DNA of 63,971 bases, filler included, from Reticulomyxa filosa (lineage: Eukaryota > Protista > Foraminifera), in NCBI GenBank assembly GCA_000512085.1. It is 16 parts of 16 records of this genome, joined end to end, with 100 filler letters (N's around TTAATTAATTAA, not from the genome) between each part and the next. Parts side by side here need not be neighbours in the genome. Positions count along the whole stretch, not along the records: positions 5,749 to 13,612 come from ASPP01027610.1; positions 13,713 to 33,674 come from ASPP01027699.1; 14 more parts are not named here. One strand, given 5' to 3'. The notes under the pieces were generated by a model. The model ran no database searches. It was given only the letters and a program-made list of their open reading frames with translations, and was not told the origin of the DNA. Every line of letters starts with the position of its first letter. Position 1 is the first letter of the stretch. The position numbers and the translations under genes were made by a program. This document shows, in pieces, positions 12,801-25,050 of the stretch.

Positions 12801-13612
12801 GCCGTTCGTTTGAGTTAAGTTTACTCGGGATTTTGGGGCTTGAACTTCTGTTTCATGGCGATCTGTTCCTCAGTTCCCCTTCTGCAATTCATTAAATATG
12901 AGTTTTTTCCTGTGCAGCAAGGCAAAGTCAAGCTTTTGAATTGTTCGCTTAAGTTTTTCCTTTTCCGAAAGTGCACTGTCATCGTTCTCGGCTTCTCGAT
13001 TTGGGGTTGATTGTATTCGGCCTTGCAGGTTTGAATACTGGCTTTCCCCAACATGAGCCGGCTGCGGTTGACTTTCGACTAGTTGTTTTTCTTCCACACA
13101 ACTAGCAATCTTCGATTTTCTTACTAGTTGCCTCTCATCTTGTTGCCCTGCATCTGTTGGTTTTGCTGCTAACAAACTTTCCGCAACATCTACACTGACT
13201 AGTTGATCTCGACTCGTTTGCCTGATACCACCCTGTTTTTCCGCATTTTGTGCACCTAACTGTTCTGCGCCCTGCTGATTTGCAGTTACTCGTTTTTTTG
13301 TTGTTTGTCCGGCAATTATTTGTTCTGCATTCAATTGTCTGTCGCCTGCCTGATTTTCCACTACTTGAATTCCAACTGGTTGTATTGTCGACCTGTCTAT
13401 ATACGTATACTTGTCTTTATATCGATTTTCCGCTTCTTCGTATAGCAGGTGTGGGTAGGTCTCGCTTTTCCTATTTTCTTTCTTTATCTTGTTTTTATGA
13501 CAACTTGCGTTTTTACGTACACCTTTTGCTTTTGCACCCGGTGAGTTCTGGAGACTGCCAAACAACAGTTTCTTTTTGGCTTTGTTCTCAACCAAGTAAC
13601 CAACATTAGAAG
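9835..13612 (-). CDS. Low-complexity (S/Q/P/T/N-rich) N-terminal part of the retroelement polyprotein, interrupted
   Basis: Open from the contig edge. A single in-frame TGA at 12872-12870 separates the 241-aa and 662-aa ORFs. Further 1-nt frame changes near 10854-10859, 10614-10618, between 10170 and 10325, and near 9943-9946. Confidence 0.65.
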
Positions 13613-14082
13613 NNNNNNNNNNNNNNNNNNNNNNNNNNNNNNNNNNNNNNNNNNNNTTAATTAATTAANNNNNNNNNNNNNNNNNNNNNNNNNNNNNNNN
13701 NNNNNNNNNNNNTTCTTTTTAAAAATGATCAAAAAAGTGAAAAGATAGCGGAATATGAAATATTTTTTAATGTGATCCAACTGATCGAGAAGCATTGGGA
13801 ACAAAAAAATAAACAAATGAGACTCACAATAAGTTAACATATTTCAAACAACGTATACAAAAATGACACATACTTATCATCAACAAACGCACGTCTCTCT
13901 GAATTTGAAGATGAGCAAAATAAAAGAAAGAAAAAATTTTTATTTGATAAAATGATCTTATTTTTTTTCATAATTTGTTGAGGTTGAGATTTTCATTTTC
14001 CGTCGTGGCAACACTGTTCCTGCCATTTTCCTTTTCTTTATCTGGGAAAACATAGAATATAGTCATATTCGCTATGCTATTC

Positions 14083-14590
14083 TCACTCTTTTGGTCTTGA
14101 TTTCAGATTTTTCCAGTCCTCGTTGTTGTTCATATCTAATTCTTTTTGTCGCTGTCATCTTCGTCGATGAACTTTTTCCAATCAATTTTACATGAGGTCT
14201 ATATTTTTTTTTTTGTCCCTATTTTTTTAAAGTGGAAAGACGCAATATTAAATTGTGAATGTACATAAGTAGACGCCAACAAAAAAAAACTCTATGCTTC
14301 TTTGGTCAATCAATGGGACCATCATGCATTCGATGTTTTTTTTTCGACCAAAGAGATATAATCCTTTTGATTGAATACTGGACTGTCTTTGGATTCACTT
14401 GAAACCGAAATTTAATTTCTAACTGATACTTTTTGCCTCGTGAAACAACACCGAAACTTAGGCCTTCTCGTGTTACTTGCACTTTTAAGTCTTTGTCAGC
14501 CATGTCTGCTAAATCTATCTTCACAAAGGCCATAAAAAATTCGGAGTCAATGATTTTGCTATTGTCGTTCTTCCCTTTTTTTTCATACAT
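14083..14590 (-). CDS. p23/CS-domain Hsp90 co-chaperone-like protein (multi-exon)
   Basis: FVKIDLADMADKDLKVQVTREGLSF...KKYQLEIKF...KTVQYSIKR, plus a last exon CKIDWKKFIDEDD matching the p23 vDWxkwxDeD signature. Apparent A-run frameshifts. Confidence 0.7.
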
Positions 14591-17500
14591 TCTAGTTTCC
14601 CCTAAAAAAAAAATTCTTTATGATCATAAAAAGGACAAGAAACGGTTTGTCATGCAAAAATATTTTTAAAAGTTAATTATTTTTTTAATTATGAAAATTT
14701 GCGCTTGTAAATAAAGCGTTAATGAACATCGTAATTTTTATTTAAAAAACTCTAGTTTGGAAAAAAAAATGATAATTCGATTTAAAAATTCCATTTGAAA
14801 TTTCTTAGACTGCTGAGAGATGATGGTTGATTTGTCCCTTTATCCTACAAAAAAACACGATCCCGTCAAAATTTGGAACTAGTTGGTTTTTTTTGTGAAT
14901 TGAGCGCAAAAAAATTTGGTCGACGAAGTGATTGCATCAGCGCCCGTGTAGTATTTACGAAAATACATTGCCCATACTGCGCTATTGTGGAAATTTTATT
15001 ACAAAAAGACACATTCAAATTTTTAAATTGGACAAAGACTTGTCCTCCTCCAATGTATCTAATGTGCAGGACTATTTGAAGGAGTCGACAGACCAACGAA
15101 TTGTTTTATGAGTGTTCATTGGCAAGTTTTTCATCGGGGGATGTGATGAAATATATAAACTTAATGACAATATCGATTTGATGGGACTGATTTCAGCTGA
15201 AATTTATTTTTTTTGGAAAGGCAATCTATAAATGTGTCAGATTTTTTATTGGCATGTATTAAAAAATATAGCAAAAAAAGACTTTGCTGCGAAAAGCAAG
15301 ATTGATGGCTGTCTAGTCTCGGAAAACAAAAAAATACATTATCAGATCAAGATTGTGAGATTTGATATCTTTTTGTTGTTTGAATTTTTTTGGTTCAAAA
15401 TTTTTTTTTTTGTAATCATTGCAGCATTATTCTCACAACCTTAACTGCTTCTTGCTTTTTGTAGCTTATAGCTTAAAAAAAATTAAGATGCTAAGCTAAT
15501 GAGGCAATTTACTGGAGTCGAGAAATTAGTCCAATTTTGTTTTGATTTTTCCTTTTAGCTTTGGAAAAAGGTTGAAGGATTATTCCAAACTTCGCTAACT
15601 TCATTATTTTCAATTTGTGCAAGTAAATTCACAAAAAAACACATCTTTTTCAAAATAAAATAAAATTGATTACTACTTTTGATCGTAAAGGCATTTTCAA
15701 AAACTTTTTGTTTTTATCATTTGACGTCTTTCCATTTCAGAGTGCCCTGTAAGAGAGGGGCAAACAGAGGAGAAAAACGTGAGTGGAGAACTCGGTTGTT
15801 TTGCAGCAACATGAAGCCATCGTTAGTGTATGAGATCATATTGGTGGCGCTTCACGTATTAAGCGCGTTTTACGCAGTATCAAGTGCAAGCAACTCAAAC
15901 GAAAACGGCCAAAAATATTTAAATAATCAAGACAATGTTGGTATATTGATAACACCATGGAATAAATCGGCCAACCACTCTACAAGCCAAATGTGGAAAT
16001 CGAAAACGTGGATATGTGTGCAATGTTCACATGGCCATAGCAGCATAAGAGTGTTGTCAGTGCAAATTTTCAATGATGGCTCGGTGCAGTTGAAAAACGG
16101 AAGTATACGTGCTCTCAGAAGCATGTTGGTCATCAAGCAAACGCAGAGTATATATGTCAAGACGTCTGCAATGGATACTTCACCAAATACTTTGGGAATA
16201 TCATCGGCATCGTACGTATTAACATCCAGATCATTATCGTACAGGTACATAACAGTGATAGAAAGACCTAATGAAAAAAAAAATGATCATGAAAAAAAAA
16301 AAGGGAGGTTTACGTATAACAAGAGATAGTAAGTGGGAGTACTGATTGTATGTATGATGAATTTGATTTAAAATGGATTTTAAAAAAAAAAACAAAAACA
16401 TAATATATTTACAAGTGGCGAGGCAGAAGCGAGTGTAATGGTGATTACAAGCACACAACAGCTGCATGGAGTATGCAAATTGTTTGGAAAGCCAAGAGCG
16501 AATATAGCGTTTGATGCATTGCTTGTAACTAATTGCTCAAGTACCATGTCGACGCGAACGCCGAATGTGGATCTCAACAATACATGCAATCGCAACAATT
16601 TTGTATTTCAAATGTTTTGTGTTCCAATCAAAACAAACTTCGATTCCAAATTTATACAAAATCCAAAGTCCACGTCCAAGTTATTGTCGCCAACACTCGC
16701 AACTTTATCATATGCCAACAACTCGATAATCGCCAATTCACAGTTCATCGCGAATACATGTTTCAAATGCTGTCCCATACTTCAATGTTATGTTTCTTTT
16801 TTTTTTTTACTTACTTTTTTTTTTTAAAAACAATAATAATAAATTTGGATAGGTCACACGATTTGGCGCAAAAAATGGAAAATGAACGACATGGACGACA
16901 ATGACGGCTTGACAAATGGACAGGCCAGTTACAATTACTGGTGCAAATTTCAATGGAAAGTCGCCGTCATCATGGATAAGCACCTGCCTTTAAGGTTGAA
17001 AAAGCGCTGTTGGCGCAAAAGAGGATATGGACAATAACACAACTGACGTGCAATTGAATTGCAAATCAGTGGTGATGTCCATCCTTTTTTTGTACAGCAT
17101 AGCTTTTCACCAAGGCATGGTCTATCTCCACATTTTGCGCGCCATTGACAACACATCTCGCATTGCACACTATCATTCACCAACATACTGACCATGCTCA
17201 TTGACAATAGAGCAAATTATTTGTGGTGAACTCAGTTGACAACACCAGCCTCCACATCAAAACGTGATCCATAGGATCTTGCCAAGTTATTTTTTATTTT
17301 TTTTGTTGTTATTGTAAATACATGTCTTTGGTTGTAACGTGTATAGATTGAAAAGTATGTAGCAGCAATTGCACAAATGGTTGGAGGAAGTGCGAACAAT
17401 ATCTCCACTTGGGCTGCAATAATGCAATGCGAGATGAACTATTGCACTTGAGAAACAGCAATAGAAGGTAATATCTTGTGTTCTTTGTTTATGTTCAACT

Positions 17501-18189
17501 TGTAAATATACAGTATGCTTGTTTAAATAGGACCATCAACTGTAATGAAAAGAAGAAAGAATACGGGGTAGAAACCACCCCGTCTCCGAAAGGAGAAATA
17601 AAGGCTTGTTCTATCTATTTTTTTTTTTTAAAATATGTTTAAGTTGTTGTGTGTGTTTGTTGTAACATAGGTTCCTCCGTCCATCAAAAGCGTTACAATA
17701 TATACCCCTCCCTTCATACAAAAGAAAAAAAAAAGAATAAGGGGTCGAAACTACCCCCGTATCCTCAAAGAGGAAGAAAGGTATGTTATGTTTATATTTA
17801 TACATAAATATATGTTCTTTTGTTATGTAATGTTGTTGTTTTTGTGATTTAATAGGTTCCCCCTTCCAAGAAAAAACATATGTGTACACATATATATTTA
17901 TTTGTTTGTCCTCACTCACTAAAAAAAAACAAATAAAGTTGTAAGTGTTCTTATAGGAAAAAGAAATATGAATAGAAATGAAGTTCCAAGTAATGTTATA
18001 AATGTATTTTTTAGTATGTTCTTTAAAAATTTATAGATGTAACTTTGTTTGTTTTTGCATAATAGGTCCAGCGCAACAAAGACTGTCGAAGTGTATGTAG
18101 TATCTTGAAATATTGTTGGAAAATGGGGGAAAGGGTGGAGAAATTTGAAAATAAGAGGGATGAAGAAAATAATGGGATAATAAAAAGAA

Positions 18190-18422
18190 AAAAAAGGATG
18201 AAGAAAAAAAAGGATGAAGAAAAAAAAAAATGATGAAGAAAAAAAAAAGGATGAAGAAAAAAAAAGGATGAAGGAAAAAAAAAGGTAGTAATAAGAAAAA
18301 AAAAAGAAGAATAAATAAAAAAAGGGGATAATAAAAAAGAAAAATGATAAAATAAAAAGAAAAGTAGAAATAAAAAGAAAAGAAGAAAAAAAAAAAGAAA
18401 AGAAACAAAGAAAAAGAAAAAT
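18190..18422 (+). repeat. Purine-rich low-complexity tract (GGATGAAG-A(n) units)
   Basis: Repeated ggatgaagaaaaaaaa units grading into poly-A with G interruptions. Confidence 0.8.
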
Positions 18423-20124
18423 AGTTAGATTTGTAATTTTAATTTTTTTTTTTAAGTTGGGATATCCATCACGGATAACAACATGTTAAGTTATTTTTCT
18501 TCTTTGTATATGTTTGTTTAAAAAAAAATAATGTGTGGATATCTTGTGGTTGAATGTTATAGAAGAATGTTTGATCGTGCAATGCATCGTGTGTGGAAGT
18601 ATAATTGGAAATTACTAAGTGGCCACAACAAGTCATTGTATTTGAGAAGTACCACTGATCCAAGTTAAGTGTTGTGTAAAGCTATTTAATAAAAACATAT
18701 GAAATAAAAAATTTAAAATTTGTGACATTGTTAAGACAGAACATTACCAATGGTCAAGATCGAAGGCAATCGTTTATATAATCGAAAATAAATTTGCAGA
18801 TTGCAGAATGCTATCTCCATACAAGGACAACAGCTACTACGAGAATGGGAAAAAAATGGTAGAATGGACAATCTTGAATTTGACAAATTGTTCATTGGCG
18901 AAGAACTTGACAACAATAATCTATCATTCAAATTTGATATCAATTTTTTATTCATGTGACAAAGATATTAAAATGGACATGCAAGAAGTGGTCAATACAA
19001 TGGATCAAATGGACAATTCCAAAATACAAACAATTTGCTCACTGAAAGCTTCTCGAATGATACATTCAACATACAAGATTTTCCTGATAGCAACATGGGC
19101 TTGAAAGGAATCAACGGATCTCCAGTGACGACGGTTGCACTATCAAACACTATCAGTCCAAAATTGATCTGACATTCGTTTGTCAAGCAAAATTGGTGCT
19201 GTGAACAACAACTTCTGGATGAATAGTCAAGGTTGAATGATGAATTGGAAGTATTAAATATCATATCATCAGCGACAGATGGTATTGATACTACTTGCGA
19301 AATATAGCTGCTCGACTTACATCCTTTCCGACTTGTGTTAATGCAGATAGTCAAATATTGCGCATATCCAGTGCACATATCAACACGGCCAGCAAACAAG
19401 TGAATCGGGATTATGTTCAGCAAATCTTGGAATCAGCTGCACGAATTAACCAATTGACACCCGAGAAGAAACTCAAAATTACATTTCCAATTTCAAAATA
19501 TGAAATCCAATCTATCGGCAGATGCAGCGCAATTATATAGTTATCCAACTTGGTGTTTTCTTTTCTTTGTCGTTCGCATTTGTTCATCACAGCTCTGACA
19601 AAGCTGTCTTCACCAAATTGCATGTGTTGTATTGACTGATTTGTAAACTTACACAATCAATCCACTTTTGAGCTGTGATTGCGATAGATCAAAAGAAAAT
19701 GCTCAAGTAAATGCATATTATGTGGAGAATTCCCTTGTGGCATGCAATTCTGCAGTTGCTCGAATTCGCCAACGCCAGGACAATAAAAAAAAAAGGCATG
19801 AAAAAGGATCAATGTCAAACAAACACGAAGGACAGCAGCTTTATCTGAAGGTATATATTATTTTTATCATATTTTTAGTTGTTGTGGAATGTCTTGACCA
19901 AAACAATGTCATTTAATTGTAGATTTGAAATGAAAGAAAGAGAAGAGGATGAAGAAGAAAAAGAGTATATTAATGGAAGAATGAAAGAAAAAGAAAGAAG
20001 CAAACGCGCATCAATAGTATTAGTGACATATGAATTATGTCAACAAATTTGGAAAGTAATAATGAGTGTGAGCTTACCGAGAGATAGAGAGAGGCAAGAA
20101 GATAATGCGAATGAAGAGGATCGA

Positions 20125-22420
20125 TTCAATAAACTCGTTTCACCAAGACTATGAGTGGTCATGGATGATATGTATGCAAAAGAGACACAATTGACAATGG
20201 AATTGTTATGTGTTTGTAATCATACATCGATATCAGATTGGCACACACAACTTTCACTATTCACTCCGACTCACTAATGCACATAATTCAGTCAAAGATT
20301 GGCCACCCTCCTTTTACATGTATTTATGATAATGAGTATGTGACTCCTGACATTGACACGCCAAAGATACCTCGGAAATATTTCCAAGGTACAGCTAATA
20401 TGACTTTCGTGTTGATTTGGTGGAAATTATTACTGCAATTTGATTGATGGATGATTGGATTGTTTTTTCGATGTAAAAAAACTGTTATTATCGTCAAGTA
20501 AGATTGGCAGGAAATGATCGTCTTGATTGATTTGAATGCTTTTGAAAGAAGATTGGAGTTTAAAAAAACGTTGATTATTTTTGTCTTTCCATCTAAACAA
20601 TTTGAATTAATTTGTTGTTTGATAGAATATGCTAAGTCCACAAACAGTGAAGATAACGGAACCGCAAATGAAGAAGAAGACACGTACAAAAATGCTAACG
20701 CAAATACTGCTGTCTTGATGAAAGCGGAAGCGTCACAAAGACTACCAAAAAAATTTGGCGTCCAAACGATGTCCAGAAAATAATAATATAGTGGCCCTTC
20801 CATAATAAATAATATCAACAACAGCGAATAGTGGTAATGCAAAAGACACATGAAGAGATTAGTTCGGGAAACAATACACATGGTCAAACACAAATTTGGT
20901 CTTTTCAAGGCGACATCTGAGTCAAGAAAGTAATGGTCGTCTTTTTCATAATGCAATACCATATCTCGACCTTGTAGTAATATTTGCGTTTTCAAGAGCC
21001 ACTCTGTTTTGCCAAATACGCGAACAGTCCTGTCATTATTAACACGAACACGACTCACTATTTCTCGTCAAAGCAATGCTGTTCCCCTTTGCCTTCATTT
21101 ATATCCGGTGACAAAGCGACAGCTCAACAAATTATACAATGATCAAAGCATTGTATTAAATATGAACAGAGTAAGGCCATGAATACTGCCTTCCAATTGG
21201 GTTGCCATTGCTATTGGCTCCGTTTTGTCGCTATTTGTCATGTGCATTTGAGATAACGTTGATATCGTGATTTAATCTTGGAATCGCAATTGTATTAACG
21301 TATATCTTCGCTTATTGCATTGCCTGCTGAAAGACTCTTTCGATCATATCTTCATCGTCATCATTGAGATTTAATCTGTATTGCAAAACATGCTATTGCT
21401 GCACCAGTCAAAGCAACAGACCACGCGGAAATGGAAAAACAGCATTGTCACAATATACAACGTACACAAAAATGTAAAAAGATACTCACATTAAAAAAAA
21501 AATCGTTGGTATTCGTTTTATCAAAACTATGAATGGTTATGGATGATATTTATGAAACGAAAAGTAATAATAAATTGCCATGTGCTTGCAATCACACAAC
21601 AACACTTGGAGTGCATTCAATGAAAGCAGTGCTAATCCAATTCATAAATGCGCCTAATTTGATCAAATATATTTATAATTATGTCGTATGTTGTATGTGA
21701 CCCCCCGATATCGACACGCCAAAGATGCATAGAAACATTTCCAAAATACAATTGTTATAACTTTCGTGTTGATTTAGTAGCAGGAAATGATTTGCTTTTA
21801 TTGATTCGAATGCCTTTGAGAGAAGAATAAAGTTAAAAAAACATTTTTTATTTTTGTCTTTTTTTTTTTTTTATACAACTGCAAAAAAAAAAAGTCGACG
21901 TGCAAACAATACCCTGAAAATTAATGCAGTGACCCTTCCATGATAAATCACACCAATAACAGCGAACAATGTCAATGTGCAAGACACATGAAGAAGTTAG
22001 ATTGTGAAACAACCCCAATCCATTTACAATGTTGATAATATAATGTTCACTCAACCAAACACAGATGATGAATCTTTTCCAAGGCGACATATGAATCAAG
22101 AAAATAATGGTCATCATTCTCACAATGCGTGCAAACTTTCAATATACGTCTCGTCCTTGCAACGACCTGTATTTCCAATGGTCACTCCATTTCACAAAAT
22201 ACATTGAACAGCCCCCGCCGCTATAAACACGAATGTGACCCATCATTCTGTGTCGAAGAACTATTGGCTCAACACTAAATAGTGACAAAGTCATTGTATT
22301 AAATGCAAATAAAAACATGGCTACGAATACTTCCTTCTAATCGAATTCCATTGCACTTGGCTCCATTTTGTTGCTATTGTTGTCATTGCGCACATACATC
22401 AACATTGCCAATAGGAGAAG
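20125..22420 (+). repeat. Diverged direct duplication (~20125-21270 vs ~21505-22420)
   Basis: Collinear anchors: actatgagtggtcatggatgata / actatgaatggttatggatgata; gacacgccaaagat in both; gcaggaaatgat...gaatgcttttgaaagaaga / gaatgcctttgagagaaga; gaatactgccttccaat / gaatacttccttctaat. Confidence 0.85.
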
Positions 22421-23872
22421 TAACAAACAGCAAATGATGATTGCTTCCATTTAATTACATATTTTATTGTCAACGTGTGATTTGTAAATTCCTCCGTACA
22501 GAAGACAACAAGACAATTTCGTCAATGCCATTATTATTTCCATTATCAATAAGTTTCATTAACACATCACGAGTATAATGTTTATACAACAATTGACAAA
22601 TCAAACGTTATGAAAATGTTTAATCAAGTATTTGTAAGTGTGAAATATTGATATCTTCCAAATAAATCAAATTCGATCACGTTTCTTCTTTCATATGCAT
22701 CAATATTTTATCTTTACATTACTTCATATCAAACTTCCTTTTTTTTTTCCCATAATATGGCCAATTTCGTGGTTATTCACTTCAGGATAATGTACAACTA
22801 ATGAATACTCATTAAAATACCCTTTTTTCAAAGATGGTTCATATGCAAAGAAAAATTAATGAAGATAATTGTTGGGACAATAGTAGAAAGTTGATAAATC
22901 GGGTGATAGATACATTACAAGGACTGAGCTGGACAATGTGAGATTGCTACAATTACTATACAAAAGAGATTCAGAGATTTACAAAGATTTGTGGCGTATG
23001 TACATCAATTTCTGTATTGAATATCATGACCTTGCACTCTTTGTAGTGATTGGCTGCCTTGAATTGGATATGGAAAGTTCAAAGAGGAATGTAACAGATG
23101 AAAAAGACTGCTTATTTTCTTAGGTTTGTTTTTTAAAAAACATGTTTCGTAGATGTCTTGTCAGACAGTATACCAGATAGGTTCGATTATTCTTTCAATT
23201 TTATATTGAAACAAAGTCACTCTTCTAAGTTTTAACTTAAATGACGAGAGCAAAAAAAACTAGGCCTTTTCTAGAAACCTTTTGTTGGTATTCATAATAA
23301 GGCAAATACAATTATTTCTGAAGTAAATTTATAATCTTTTTTTAAGATATTATTTTATAATAAAAATGTTATTAAAGTTTTTTTGTAAAAAATGTACTGT
23401 TCAATATTAGACCCAAACTTTACAAATAAATTTATATGTATCGATGAATTTGACGAAATTATTGTTGCATACAGTGAAAGAAATAAATATTGAAGAGCCA
23501 AATTAGATATATGTTAATCATGTTATCTTTACATGGGTCTTGATTTTGATTTCGTAATTATGAAATTTATCAATTCTTTAAGTATTCTCAAAATATATGA
23601 ATAAATAACATATTCTACGAATGTTTTTTATAAAGCCAAAAGGCAAATTTCTAGAAGGAAAAAAAACATTATTCATGGCCGCAAAGCTTTGCTAACTAGT
23701 ATTGATGACATTTGAGTCCTTTTGTTGAACAGCTGTCCTGCCAAGAAACTTTTTTTAGGTTGCGTCAGTAAAAATGCACACAATAAAAGGAGTTGTGATG
23801 TTAAAGTTCTGGACACGTTTCAAGAGTTTTTTAAAGTGCTAGAACAAAAAGGAAGATAACATTTCATTAAAA

Positions 23873-24427
23873 ATGACATTCCTTCCAAAAGAAGAAGCTG
23901 AACTCTCAACTAAATCGAGCTCGGTAAAAACAATATTGACATTTCCAATTGAAATCAGCGCAACAACTTGTTCAAAGCTATGGATAGGTTCCGTAGACGT
24001 CGCAATGAACTATTATCCCAAAAAAACTCAACAAACACAAGAAACTAATGTTGGCTTAATCATAAATGTTGCAAAAAGGACTGGCAAAGATAAAAGCGAA
24101 GTTCGCGAAAAAATGAAAATTGAATACTTGACATTGAGTGAAAATAGTGATATTTCTGCACTGTCTCGTGTATGTGAAAAGGCTTTTCCATTAATCTATG
24201 AAACATTATTTAATCAGCAAAAAAATGTAATTATTCATTGCAGCGAAGGAAAAACACGATCACCAACTCTTGGATACTTGTTTCTTATTTATGGTCTTGG
24301 GTGGGAATCATCAAAAGCACAAAGTTACTTTAAAGCTTGCAAACTCATGTCTTGTATTTTGACAACTTCGAAGAATGCTGATCACTACTTTGCAAAACTT
24401 AAACTGAAAACCAACCCTGAGTTATAA
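23873..24427 (+). CDS. Dual-specificity protein phosphatase (atypical DUSP-like), intronless
   Basis: LWIGS...LIINVA and the catalytic loop VIIHCSEGKTRSPT (HCxxGxxRS). Confidence 0.88.
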   Translation: MTFLPKEEAELSTKSSSVKTILTFPIEISATTCSKLWIGSVDVAMNYYPKKTQQTQETNVGLIINVAKRTGKDKSEVREKMKIEYLTLSENSDISALSRVCEKAFPLIYETLFNQQKNVIIHCSEGKTRSPTLGYLFLIYGLGWESSKAQSYFKACKLMSCILTTSKNADHYFAKLKLKTNPEL

Positions 24428-25050
24428 AAGTTGTTAATAGCCTCTGTTGTCAAAAAACATTCCATTCTCAGTATATACACTATACAAATGTTAAGTGAAT
24501 AACCATTTTTTTTAGCAATGTCATGAAAGAAAGCGCCATTTTATTGCTTGAAATATACCAAAGAGAAATATTATTAAACCTTTTCATTTGGTTTTGTGAA
24601 CACTTCAAAAAAACTTTCTCTACATTTTTTTAGCTACAATATAGCTCATGCAATATATTTTTTTATTGCGATATCAATTTCACGTATACTGTCTCTGAGG
24701 GGAACGACAAAAAGTATCTTTCACGATAAATATACGTTATAGAGATGTGGTGGCCGAGATTTATTAAATTTTTATTTGAAGAAAGATTTTGTTAGGCCAA
24801 CGTGTCCTGATTTAGAAACTTGCAAATTGAGCCCTCAAAATTTTTGGGTGCATTTTTGCACTGTTTAATTCCAAAAAAGGAAGTGTCTCTTTCAATTTGT
24901 CGTCATTCTTGGACCACAAAACTCTCACAACAACTTGCTGAAGGACTGTACAAACAAAGAATTTGTCAAAAATTGCAAGTCCAAATTGTCAGCGGTGCAG
25001 TCTTCATTTCTGCAAAAAAAAAACAACATCTTTTTCCCCTTTAATTTAGT

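Larger units (their letters stand above)
5749..13612 (-). mobile_element. CRE/SLACS-like (RLE-type) non-LTR retrotransposon, both ends truncated, with a kinesin-like domain in its polyprotein
   Basis: Whole contig is intronless and more GC-rich than the host contigs. Minus-strand ORFs overlap end to end (13595-12870, 12776-10788, 10842-10588, 10540-10169, 10172-9828, 9987-8263, 8330-7785, 8076-5749) and finish in zinc fingers plus an RT. Confidence 0.85.
15810..22700 (+). pseudogene. Decayed large surface/membrane protein gene, PKD1/REJ-GPS-like, with internal tandem duplication
   Basis: Signal-peptide-like start (MKPSLVYEIILVALHVLSAFYAVSSA) followed by many short frames broken by stops and frameshifts. 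GPS-like CVCNHTS (~20208) and CACNHTTTLGV (~21581) are followed by hydrophobic segments (GQTQIWSFQGDI; ILPSNWVAIAIGSVLSLFVMC). May be more than one gene. Confidence 0.45.
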
